58,507 bases of DNA from a virus (lineage: Duplodnaviria > Caudoviricetes): the IMG/VR virus record IMGVR_UViG_3300031669_000032, positions 1-58,507 of that record. One strand, written 5' to 3'. Of this stretch, positions 25,993 to 34,587 are shown piece by piece (positions within the stretch are counted from its first letter, which is position 1; the number at the start of each line of letters is the position of its first letter). Both the position numbers and the translations under genes were made by a program. Below the pieces are notes generated by a model. It made no database searches. It saw only the letters and a list, made by a program, of their open reading frames with translations, and was not told where the DNA came from.

Positions 25993-26028
25993 AATCACAG
26001 GAGCAAGCGAATATCTTGGGGTGTCAAA

Positions 26029-26223
26029 ATGAAGAAAACGATAATCGGGTACATTGCGAAATCGCATGAATTAGGTGAAGTGCTGGAATGGGGGAGACCG
26101 AATCATGGGATATCGGTTCTTGACGGGGTTGAGGTATACAGCAATATGCTGTGTAAATTTAAGGATAAATACAAAAAAATCAAAATTATAGTAGAAGTGA
26201 AGGAGGTAAAAGATGGCAAATAA
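26029..26223 (+). CDS. Hypothetical protein
   Basis: ORF in operon. Confidence 0.5.
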   Translation: MKKTIIGYIAKSHELGEVLEWGRPNHGISVLDGVEVYSNMLCKFKDKYKKIKIIVEVKEVKDGK

Positions 26224-26443
26224 AAAGAAATATATAAGGCTAATCTATTACGACGATAGAGAATGGCTCATGGATGAAAGCAAGCTCGGAACTCCAACGA
26301 TTCATGAAACCATAGAGAGAGTTATCGCCCAAATTGAAGCTAATTTGGATTCAGATGAGCCGAACGAAGGATTCTATGGATTGCAAGCGGTGGGGATGAC
26401 AGAATCTGAGTTCGATAATCTGCCAGAACCTGAAGGGTATTGA
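26213..26443 (+). CDS. Acidic hypothetical protein
   Basis: MTE.EF.NLPE tail; AAGGAGGT RBS. Confidence 0.65.
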   Translation: MANKKKYIRLIYYDDREWLMDESKLGTPTIHETIERVIAQIEANLDSDEPNEGFYGLQAVGMTESEFDNLPEPEGY

Positions 26444-26451
26444 GGTGAAAA

Positions 26452-26958
26452 ATGGATAGTAAGAATACATTCAGAAAAAAGGCGATAATAATTAATAGCC
26501 CGAATGGTTTTGATGCTATCGAAATCAAGGGTTGTATGGAGTGCGATCATCTCAAAAATATAACTCCGGAATGCAACACCGAAAAGGTTGTCTGCAACAT
26601 AGGGCGCAGTCGTTATCGGCAATGGGAGTGGTATGATGAGATTCAAGCTGAACGTCCGCATTTCATTTTTGATGATTGCCCGCTTTTCGACTGGGAAGAT
26701 GTGCGCTGGCATGGCATTAAGGAAATTCCGAGGGACGAATCTATAATAGCTATAAAATTAAAAAACGTATCTCCTCAAGCCATGGGCGACAAAAAATATA
26801 TTCTGGGTTCATATAATCATAATTGGAAATGTTTTTCCCCTTACAATGTTAATCTTATGAAAATGACTATTCCTTTTGATGAAAAAATAGCGCGCACCTG
26901 GCTGATTAAATGGCCCCGGAAGTATGCCGTCGAATCCTGGCGCTATTTGGAGTATTGA
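26452..26958 (+). CDS. Hypothetical protein, paralog C3
   Basis: CMEC...DCPLFDWEDVRW...WRY. Confidence 0.7.
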   Translation: MDSKNTFRKKAIIINSPNGFDAIEIKGCMECDHLKNITPECNTEKVVCNIGRSRYRQWEWYDEIQAERPHFIFDDCPLFDWEDVRWHGIKEIPRDESIIAIKLKNVSPQAMGDKKYILGSYNHNWKCFSPYNVNLMKMTIPFDEKIARTWLIKWPRKYAVESWRYLEY

Positions 26959-27149
26959 TGGCAGCCGATAAAATGAAAAAATATGACTATTCAAAGACTG
27001 GAAATTGCTATTGTTATACGTGTGAAAAACATTTCCATCCGTTGGGTATCGCACGACATAGGGCAGCGCACCGAGATAAAAAAGAGAATTGCAAGATTAT
27101 GTTTTCAGATGGGACGGTGAAGAAATGGCATTTTGGAAAGAAGGAGTAA
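26958..27149 (+). CDS. C2H2 Zn-finger-like protein
   Basis: CYTC...FH.LGIARHRAAH. Confidence 0.65.
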   Translation: MAADKMKKYDYSKTGNCYCYTCEKHFHPLGIARHRAAHRDKKENCKIMFSDGTVKKWHFGKKE

Positions 27150-27357
27150 AAAATGAGGGAAAAGAAACTTTATATAATTCAATGCATAATCGAAGAATAC
27201 CACAGGGTGGTAGCCGGGACAAGAGAGGAAGCTAAAGAAATGATAAACCGGAAGCTCACCACCCCCGGCAGTAGGGTCAAGATGACAAGGATCACAAGAA
27301 CGGTAGCTATAGAGAAGGAATCATGAATATCACAAGCATCATGGATAAGAGCAAATA

Positions 27358-28323
27358 ATGGCAGCTACAAAAAAAATCAAAATACCTTTCTCAAAATACA
27401 TTTCAATCACCGCTTGCTTATTACTTACCGGTGCATCACTGATTAATCAATATGATTTTTACGTTGCTATTGCCGGGGTAACTAAAGCCTATGGGGCATC
27501 CGTGATCGTGGAGTTCACAAGAATCTATACTCTCTATATGGCAATCACGAAAAATAAGAAGGGCCTTGCGTGGACTGCCTATTTTCTCCTGGCTGCGTGG
27601 TGTATGTTCGCCAATTCTATCGCGATCACAAATACGGAGTATCAAGAAGAAAGTCAACTTGATATCAACTTGATAGAAAAGTATCAAGTTCTCAAGGGTG
27701 AAGCGGTCGCGAAAATCAAACTTGATATCGCAAGGGAAGAAAAGGAATCCCGCCAAAACTCTGGGATCCTCGGTGCGCAGCCGAACAATGCCAGGATTAG
27801 GGAGATTCAAAAGGTTAGAAAATCTAATATTTCCAGATTCCAGAGGGAGATTAACGGAATTCTCAATTTCCGGGGCAAAAATAATGCCGAATTATTAGCG
27901 AAATGCCGCGAGGTGGCCGCAAGGTACGGTTTAAGATTCAAATACGATAAAACATACACGGATAATGGTGAACGTGCCCCTACATCGATTTTATGGATTT
28001 CAGAAAAAACGCAGCAAATCGCGGCGAATCTATTTTTTATCCTCCTTATCGAAATTGGGATTTTCACAACGGCAATATATGCGAAGCGAAACGGTCAAGT
28101 TGATATCAAGAAAAGTCAAGTTGATATCAAGTTGATATCAAGAAATGATACCACGGAGAAAGATATAATCAAGAAACATCAAGAATATATCAAGCATCCG
28201 CTATATTCTGATTTTCTTGACGGCAAAACTACCGCGGATTATGCTCCGGGGGAAAATAGGAAAGCAATGAAAATAATACGAAAATTTTATAGACAAAATC
28301 CAGAACTATTAAAAAAGAGGTGA
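27358..28323 (+). CDS. Multi-pass membrane protein with coiled-coil loop
   Basis: Three N-terminal TM segments, a charged loop, a fourth TM and a basic tail. Confidence 0.7.
   Translation: MAATKKIKIPFSKYISITACLLLTGASLINQYDFYVAIAGVTKAYGASVIVEFTRIYTLYMAITKNKKGLAWTAYFLLAAWCMFANSIAITNTEYQEESQLDINLIEKYQVLKGEAVAKIKLDIAREEKESRQNSGILGAQPNNARIREIQKVRKSNISRFQREINGILNFRGKNNAELLAKCREVAARYGLRFKYDKTYTDNGERAPTSILWISEKTQQIAANLFFILLIEIGIFTTAIYAKRNGQVDIKKSQVDIKLISRNDTTEKDIIKKHQEYIKHPLYSDFLDGKTTADYAPGENRKAMKIIRKFYRQNPELLKKR
27654..28142. repeat. TTGATATCAA palindrome clusters forming a 20-bp inverted repeat
   Basis: 27654-27673 is the exact reverse complement of 28116-28135. Confidence 0.8.
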
Positions 28324-28327
28324 AACA

Positions 28328-28732
28328 ATGAAACAAATAAAATTTAGAGCATGGGTGGGTAATGAGTTCTTATATTGCGATGTGCTGCAGGATGACCATC
28401 ATGCAATAAAAAAATTTTGGGTTGCCGTTAGTTCTGCCGGTATAGAACCGGAACAATTCACCGGACTTTATGATTCTACAAAGTGGCATGATTTGCCGGA
28501 AGCCGATAGGCTCTCATGGATCGAATTGAATGCAGGGAAGATAGGGAGCAGTGAATGGCCTGGTCGCGAAATTTATGAAGGTGATTTGCTGAGCCATAAG
28601 TATGGCGGTGGACTTGTAGAATGTGAATTTGGAAATGGTGAATTTTTCACGGGAGACGTTAGCGTATTGGATGACTCGTTAAGAATTATCGGACACATTC
28701 ATGAGAACCCAGCAGCAAAGGAGAAGAAATGA
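28328..28732 (+). CDS. YopX-family protein
   Basis: IKFRAW; QFTGL.D; G.EIYEGD; IIG.IHENP. Confidence 0.9.
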   Translation: MKQIKFRAWVGNEFLYCDVLQDDHHAIKKFWVAVSSAGIEPEQFTGLYDSTKWHDLPEADRLSWIELNAGKIGSSEWPGREIYEGDLLSHKYGGGLVECEFGNGEFFTGDVSVLDDSLRIIGHIHENPAAKEKK

Positions 28733-29211
28733 AAGCCAAAAACAGCAATAAGCTCAAGGTGAAAATCAAAGGTATGGTGTACCGGTTAACCTATGCGATA
28801 CGCTGCCTATTTAGTTTTTGTTTCATCATGCCGATTAATATGATTGTCGAGACAATTAAAGCGTCCGCCGCCTATAATGCTGAGATTGAAAAGCTTAGTA
28901 AAATATCCCATAATAAGGATATGAAAACGAGAGAAGGGGTGGCGTTACCTGCTGCAATTAATTGGCTATATGTAGATGAAGCTATAGAAGTGTTAGCCAG
29001 GACTGTGGACGGTAAGGCGCTATTGTCTACGCGTGCATTTATCAACACACATATGGCAGGCCGTAAGAATTGGGCTACATACAGTATAGCGGAATTGATG
29101 AAAGAGATTAAAGAATCCCTTGAGACAAGTAAAACATCGGCGGACATGAAGGGGATAGGTGAAATGGCGTTTTGCGTTAGCCGCTTCATGGAAATACTGG
29201 AGAAGAAATGA
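28729..29211 (+). CDS. Hypothetical protein
   Basis: ATGA coupling on both sides. Confidence 0.6.
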   Translation: MKAKNSNKLKVKIKGMVYRLTYAIRCLFSFCFIMPINMIVETIKASAAYNAEIEKLSKISHNKDMKTREGVALPAAINWLYVDEAIEVLARTVDGKALLSTRAFINTHMAGRKNWATYSIAELMKEIKESLETSKTSADMKGIGEMAFCVSRFMEILEKK

Positions 29212-29438
29212 AAGAAAGCGGACTCTCTTTCAAAGCATTGTCCTGCGGCATGTGTCCGGACTGCGGAAGGTACACTCGCTTCGCTAACTTTCACATGACC
29301 TGGCAAGGTTGGGATTCTACCTGTTTACGGTGTGGCCGGAGATGGGGCGATGGAGAATGGTTGCCTCTTGACTTCTCTCGGTATGCGAGAAGAGATAGTA
29401 TTGATTCTGCTAAAAGGAGATGGAAAAGTGGGAATTGA
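29208..29438 (+). CDS. Zn-ribbon protein
   Basis: CPDC...W.GW..TCLRCGR.W.DGE. Confidence 0.65.
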   Translation: MKESGLSFKALSCGMCPDCGRYTRFANFHMTWQGWDSTCLRCGRRWGDGEWLPLDFSRYARRDSIDSAKRRWKSGN

Positions 29439-29829
29439 CAAAAGCAGCATTGAATTAATTCAGGAATATGCCGATAGCTTCAGGAAAATATTTGCGTATT
29501 TTTTAGCGCCTAGCAAAAGAATTAATATTGGATGCTGCAACTTATTCGATTTTGAAATGGCTGTTTATTTTTGGGTTGTGAGTGAAAGTGAATATGAGTC
29601 AAAAGTTAAGATTAGAAATGCACCGCCTTTAGGAATGCCAAAAATGTGCCCATTGGCAAAAACGCGCCTTGCGAGAACGGAAACGGATATAATCAGGGTG
29701 TATACCGAGAACGCGCTGTTCATTGTTAAGGGGATCGATAGAGGCAACTGGTCGAGCGCTGCTGGACATACCGACGCAATGGAAGAATTGGGAGAATTAC
29801 TGGCACGTCTCCCGGAAGGTGAAGGATGA
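29428..29829 (+). CDS. Hypothetical protein
   Basis: GTG start with AAGGAG RBS; I.IVK......W....A..DA tail. Confidence 0.55.
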   Translation: MGIDKSSIELIQEYADSFRKIFAYFLAPSKRINIGCCNLFDFEMAVYFWVVSESEYESKVKIRNAPPLGMPKMCPLAKTRLARTETDIIRVYTENALFIVKGIDRGNWSSAAGHTDAMEELGELLARLPEGEG

Positions 29830-29855
29830 AAAATAAAATTACAGGAGAAAATAAT

Positions 29856-30212
29856 ATGAATAATAAAAAGTTTTATCAACAGGGCGATGTGGTATTTAGA
29901 AAAGTTAACGATTTCCCGGAAGGAAAAAGGAAATTAAAAAATGGCAATGTAATAGTTGAGGGTGAAGGGTCTGGGCATTTTCATGCGGTACAGCCTGGAC
30001 AGCTACCGTTTTCACTGTTTTTCGTAAACGATGGATTTTTTCTTGAAAATGAAAGTGACGATAATATTGTCATAGAACATCAGGAACACAATCCAATTGC
30101 ACTGCCTCCCGGGAAATACGAAATAGACAAGGTTAATGAATTTGATTGGAAACGACATTTCGATGAAAAAGAAGATGAAAGGGGAAAGGCGACAAGAAAG
30201 GTTATTGATTAG
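29856..30212 (+). CDS. His-rich QQGDV-family protein
   Basis: QQGDV...EGE.SGH.H...HQEH..I.LP.G.Y...V.D. Confidence 0.75.
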   Translation: MNNKKFYQQGDVVFRKVNDFPEGKRKLKNGNVIVEGEGSGHFHAVQPGQLPFSLFFVNDGFFLENESDDNIVIEHQEHNPIALPPGKYEIDKVNEFDWKRHFDEKEDERGKATRKVID

Positions 30213-30221
30213 GAGATATAA

Positions 30222-31130
30222 ATGAAAAAGAAATTAAGTTTTGAAGAGTGGAGTAATGCGGTAAAACTTTTGTATGGTACGGAAGGCAAGGTGTCGATAG
30301 ATTCAGGGAAACCTTATTTCCATGATATTCATTTTAGTAAGGTTGATTTCAACAAGGTGGTATTTCCGGAGAACGTAACGCTTTGTGAGTGTACACTAGA
30401 TGCTCCGGTAAAGAACTATAGCTTTAGGAATATAGAGTTCAGGGATTGCTATTTTAGCGAAATAGCCTTTGTGGGCTGTGACTTGACTGGATCAAAGTTT
30501 GTGATTAATACTTCGTTTTGGAAAGATATTAGTTTTGATGGTTCCAATTTAATGGGCGTTGAGTTCGATTGTAGTACGGAGAATTTTAGAAAAGTTAATT
30601 TTAATTTTTCAAATACAAAAAACTTCAATACTGTTTCCGGTATATCTGGATATTTCGTTGATATTGGAGATTCTGGCGATACCGAGCGATTCAACACAAT
30701 GAATCCCGATGAATTTGCAAACGTAGGGCCATTCGTCGTCAAGCGAAGCGGATGGTGCGCACACTATCTGAATAACGTAAAGATAAATAAAAGTTTCTAC
30801 GATTTTCTGACTATGCCAGCCGACACGATAACGCCCTTTGATATAAAGAAAGTAATGAAAAAGAACGATTCGTTTATTATCAGCATAATAGAAAAAGCAG
30901 GAATTCAGAAAGTTTTAGGCGCTGTTGGTAAAGTGATAGAAAAAAAGGACGGATACGTATTGCATCAACTCGATGCCAATAGAGAAAGGATGCTTTATCT
31001 CGAAATGACAAATCCATCGACTGGCGAAAGGCACTTTGAAGGCATTCCTCCCACACAAGAAGTTAGGTTCATCGATCAAGCCCTGATCTTTCGGAATGGG
31101 CTTCCAGGGAGACCGGAAACATTGACATGA
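30222..31130 (+). CDS. Pentapeptide-like repeat + DUF6745-like C-terminal domain (recalled)
   Basis: F....L.G..F 5-residue periodicity at about aa 35-135; L.M.NPSTG..H..GIPP...QAL..R...T tail. Confidence 0.65.
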   Translation: MKKKLSFEEWSNAVKLLYGTEGKVSIDSGKPYFHDIHFSKVDFNKVVFPENVTLCECTLDAPVKNYSFRNIEFRDCYFSEIAFVGCDLTGSKFVINTSFWKDISFDGSNLMGVEFDCSTENFRKVNFNFSNTKNFNTVSGISGYFVDIGDSGDTERFNTMNPDEFANVGPFVVKRSGWCAHYLNNVKINKSFYDFLTMPADTITPFDIKKVMKKNDSFIISIIEKAGIQKVLGAVGKVIEKKDGYVLHQLDANRERMLYLEMTNPSTGERHFEGIPPTQEVRFIDQALIFRNGLPGRPETLT

Positions 31131-31200
31131 ACAGAAAACGATTAGCGTTAGTGTATATAAATGTTCTGTTTAGGGATGACTTTTAAAAAAGAGGTTAAAA

Positions 31201-31425
31201 ATGAAAACAATAGCTTGTTATAATATAATAAGAATTGGTGCAACTGACGATTTATGCGATGGCTGCGAACACGATATAGACAAGGATAATTGCCCATTAT
31301 TTTTAGAGCGGAAAAATGGCACCAATGGGCGTTGCAAGTCATGTCTTTTTGCTGAAAGGTTGGTAGAAATTATAATTGCGGAAAACGTAAGTTGCGCTAA
31401 ACCATATATGCCGGATGAGATTTAA
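31201..31425 (+). CDS. Cys-rich hypothetical protein
   Basis: CDGC...CPLF...RCKSC..AE; GAGGT RBS. Confidence 0.6.
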   Translation: MKTIACYNIIRIGATDDLCDGCEHDIDKDNCPLFLERKNGTNGRCKSCLFAERLVEIIIAENVSCAKPYMPDEI

Positions 31426-31528
31426 GGCCTATAAGATCATGCTGAAACGTGCATTTATAGCGGAAAAGTTGCTAAAAATTACGTTTCGGCGCATAGCAAA
31501 GTTAATAAAGAAATCATGGAGGTATAGG

Positions 31529-31888
31529 ATGCCGAAATTTAGTGCTAAGTCAATTGCTAATTTAGAATCCTGCGATTGCAGGCTGCAGGCTATTTTTAAT
31601 TATGTCATCATTTATCGCGATTGTTCTATCCTGTGCGGATACCGAGGGAAAGATGAACAAGACCGGGATTTCGGCAGGGGAAAGTCGAGATTAAAATGGC
31701 CGTTCTCAAAACATAATAAGATTCCCAGCCAGGCTGTCGATGTGGTACCATATCCCATTGACTGGGATGACATAGAGAGGTTTGAGAAATTTGTGCAATT
31801 CGTGAAAATGACTGCGGAAACAATGAAAATCGAAATTATTTGCGGTGGTAATTGGGGTTGGGATTATCCACATTTTGAGTTAGCATGA
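31529..31888 (+). CDS. Endolysin, peptidase M15 family (L-Ala-D-Glu type)
   Basis: CGYR...EQ; SKH......AVD; GGNW..D.PHFEL Zn motifs; GGAGGT RBS. Confidence 0.9.
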   Translation: MPKFSAKSIANLESCDCRLQAIFNYVIIYRDCSILCGYRGKDEQDRDFGRGKSRLKWPFSKHNKIPSQAVDVVPYPIDWDDIERFEKFVQFVKMTAETMKIEIICGGNWGWDYPHFELA

Positions 31889-32715
31889 AAGTCGGACTGA
31901 TTGACCTGGACGCTAAGCTGCCGAACCTGGCATTGATGAAGCTGAAATCATATTACCCGGAAGCAGAATTGACATTCCCATTATTTTGCAGTGGTTACGA
32001 TGAGGTTTATGCATCGTCAATCTTTAAATTTTCCGATAAAAGATATATCCATAGTAATGTTATTTCCGGAGGTACCGGATTTGATATTACGTCAAGACTC
32101 CCTGCTGATATAGAAGCTTGCCAGCCAGATTACAGTTTATATCCGAAGTGCCGATTTTCCTGGCAGCGCTTCACATACGGGTGTATCAGGAAATGTGGTT
32201 TCTGTGTATCCTGGAAAATGGGAGAATTTCAGGAGTTGGAACCGATGAACCTGAACCCGGCCGGTAAATATATATACCTATTGGACAATAATTTTTTTGC
32301 CTCTGTTAACTGGAAAGAAAATATCGGGTACCTGGTAAGGCAAAATAAGCCGGTCAAGTTCGAGGGGATTGACGCGCGGATAATTGCAGAAAATGATGAA
32401 ATGCTGTACCTCCTGGATAAGGTTAAATTGAAAGGCCGGATGCATACAGCATGGGACATACCGAGTATTGACATGATGCCGAAATTCAAGAAAATTATCA
32501 AGGTCATTAAGCCCTACAAAATAATGTGCTACGTGCTGGTAGGGTTCGACTCTACTCCTGAGGATGATCTGCACCGGGTGTTATTTCTTGACGCGATCGG
32601 GATTGACCCATTTGTCATGCCGTTTAATAAGAGAGACCGGTATGTTGAACGTTTCGCCAGGTGGGTGAACCATAAGGCAATATTTAAGTCAGTCAAGTGG
32701 GAAGATTATAAGTAA
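31885..32715 (+). CDS. Radical SAM protein (phage family)
   Basis: PNLALMKL; GGTG; GCIRKCGFC (CxxxCxxC); LLDNN; FARWVN. Confidence 0.9.
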   Translation: MKVGLIDLDAKLPNLALMKLKSYYPEAELTFPLFCSGYDEVYASSIFKFSDKRYIHSNVISGGTGFDITSRLPADIEACQPDYSLYPKCRFSWQRFTYGCIRKCGFCVSWKMGEFQELEPMNLNPAGKYIYLLDNNFFASVNWKENIGYLVRQNKPVKFEGIDARIIAENDEMLYLLDKVKLKGRMHTAWDIPSIDMMPKFKKIIKVIKPYKIMCYVLVGFDSTPEDDLHRVLFLDAIGIDPFVMPFNKRDRYVERFARWVNHKAIFKSVKWEDYK

Positions 32716-32790
32716 CTGCAAATAAACTTGCATTTCTACTTACCATTGCAAGCAAACTGCAAATAAAAAAATAATAATTGCGTTTCGTAG

Positions 32791-32819
32791 TTGACAAATA
32801 GCCATAATTATACTATTAT
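32791..32819 (+). promoter_or_regulatory. sigma70 promoter of second early operon
   Basis: TTGACA-17-TATTAT with A-rich upstream tract. Confidence 0.8.
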
Positions 32820-32862
32820 ATAGTTGGTAACCGGGTGTTACTGAATAACTTAGGAGGTTATT

Positions 32863-33144
32863 ATGAAACAAGAAATAAGGATTAATTTTGCGGTTCTGGA
32901 AGATGTAAGTAGGATATGGAATAAGGGGAATAAGGAAAGGTACTATCTCACGGAACGTAGTATCGACCCTTGTCTTTCAGCGTATATCTCAAGAGAAAGA
33001 GACAAGGGCCGGTATGAGATAGAGTTAAGTAACGGGTTCCTATATCTCGAAAAATGTTACAATGATCTTAACAAAAGGATAGAGGAAATTGTCGAGATGT
33101 TGAAGGTTAACAATTGTATGGCTTACGAGCCGAATAAAAATTAA
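32863..33144 (+). CDS. Early hypothetical protein
   Basis: W.KG.K.RYY motif; TTAGGAGGT RBS. Confidence 0.7.
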   Translation: MKQEIRINFAVLEDVSRIWNKGNKERYYLTERSIDPCLSAYISRERDKGRYEIELSNGFLYLEKCYNDLNKRIEEIVEMLKVNNCMAYEPNKN

Positions 33145-33157
33145 TTTGGAGGATATT

Positions 33158-33700
33158 ATGTATAAAAGTAAAATTGATAATCAGGTATTCACCGATGATG
33201 AGTATCGGGAATATGTCAAGAATGAATGTGCGGAAAATGGTTGGGATTTTAGTAAGGTTATTAACAGTCCTGACGAAGATTTTGAGTATATCGAAGATGA
33301 AGGAGATCAGACCAAACAAGAAGAAAAATCAATGATATTGGAGTGGCTTGACTGGGTTGAGTTCCACAAGTTGATGGCATTCTCCCAGGCTGGCGATAAG
33401 GTTATCGTTTGGGATGATGGTACAATATCTACCATGGATTCCGGGACATATCCTAATCCGGAAATCATGGATAAAATCGTACACATTTATCACCCGTGCG
33501 GAATGGGGAATACAGACTTTTCCGTCTACTTCGACGGATGGGGTACAAGAAATGAGGACGGCGATGTTATCGTTGATGATACAAGCGAAGTGATGGATTT
33601 TAACGATGCGCTTGTTAATTGCATTGAAAACGGAGATTTTACTGATTGGATTGAAGCGTGGAAGAGTGAAGCGCTTCGGGTAGATGAGAACGCTATTTAG
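33158..33700 (+). CDS. Highly acidic early protein
   Basis: Asp/Glu-rich; GGAGG RBS. Confidence 0.7.
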   Translation: MYKSKIDNQVFTDDEYREYVKNECAENGWDFSKVINSPDEDFEYIEDEGDQTKQEEKSMILEWLDWVEFHKLMAFSQAGDKVIVWDDGTISTMDSGTYPNPEIMDKIVHIYHPCGMGNTDFSVYFDGWGTRNEDGDVIVDDTSEVMDFNDALVNCIENGDFTDWIEAWKSEALRVDENAI

Positions 33701-33763
33701 TCAGTTTACCCCGCGGTCGGGTTCGCCCGACCTCGGAGGTAAATTAATTAATCACAGGAGGTT
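33697..33763 (+). repeat. Intergenic hairpin repeat, copy 1
   Basis: 67 bp, 2 mismatches to 34518-34584; long stem with G(TTCG)C loop followed by RBS. Confidence 0.9.
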
Positions 33764-33768
33764 TTAAA

Positions 33769-34164
33769 ATGAAACAAGAAAACTTATCAGCATTAAGTAC
33801 TATGTTATCTTGGAAGAGGACATACAAACGCAAGGGGTTCAGAGAATTTCTATCGCGTTGGGAATGTGAAACAGCGGAGAATTTCCGCGATGAAACCCTT
33901 GAAATTGTCGATCTCCTTCGTATCAATAGTATAGAGGGAGGTGTGTGTTACTTTCTCCGCCGCGGGGATGATGCGTTGTACAGAGGGACAGATGTTGATG
34001 CATATGGATACAATGATGCTGATTGCATCAACGTCGAAAAAATGGAAATAAAATTCTTAAGAAGCATTATATCTCATCTTCCGGAAAAAATGTTTTGGTA
34101 TAACTCATTGCTAAGGAAATGCGGGAAACCGTATGATAAGGATTTGAGTAGCTTAGGCTACTGA
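33769..34164 (+). CDS. Early hypothetical protein
   Basis: CAGGAGGT RBS. Confidence 0.7.
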   Translation: MKQENLSALSTMLSWKRTYKRKGFREFLSRWECETAENFRDETLEIVDLLRINSIEGGVCYFLRRGDDALYRGTDVDAYGYNDADCINVEKMEIKFLRSIISHLPEKMFWYNSLLRKCGKPYDKDLSSLGY

Positions 34165-34177
34165 TAGGAGGATTAAA

Positions 34178-34504
34178 ATGAAAGAAGAAAAAATTATTCG
34201 GAGAACAGTATACATGAGGGGTAGGCCAATGTACGGTGTTTTCGCGACATCTACCTTCGCGATGTATCGGGATGAATCCGAGTGTGGTAAATGGAATTAT
34301 ATTGAATTAAGAAGGAGAAATCCTGAAGGTGCTATACAAGGATTAAGGTCTGAGGTAGAAGATTGGATCATGAACAAACCTCTTGCTGTCGTCCTCAAGC
34401 ATCATGACATCAAAGTAGTGAGTAGTAGCTACTGGGGAAGAGTAGAGTTAGACGAGAATGGGAAAATAATAGAAATGGCGTCACATTTCAACACGCCACA
34501 TTAA
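34178..34504 (+). CDS. Early hypothetical protein
   Basis: AGGAGG RBS. Confidence 0.7.
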   Translation: MKEEKIIRRTVYMRGRPMYGVFATSTFAMYRDESECGKWNYIELRRRNPEGAIQGLRSEVEDWIMNKPLAVVLKHHDIKVVSSSYWGRVELDENGKIIEMASHFNTPH

Positions 34505-34517
34505 AGGAATATGTTGA

Positions 34518-34584
34518 TTAGTCAGTTTACCCCGCGGTCGGGTTCGCCCGGCCTCGGAGGTAAATTAATTAATAACAGGAGGTT
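34518..34584 (+). repeat. Intergenic hairpin repeat, copy 2
   Basis: Matches 33697-33763. Confidence 0.9.
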
Positions 34585-34587
34585 ATT

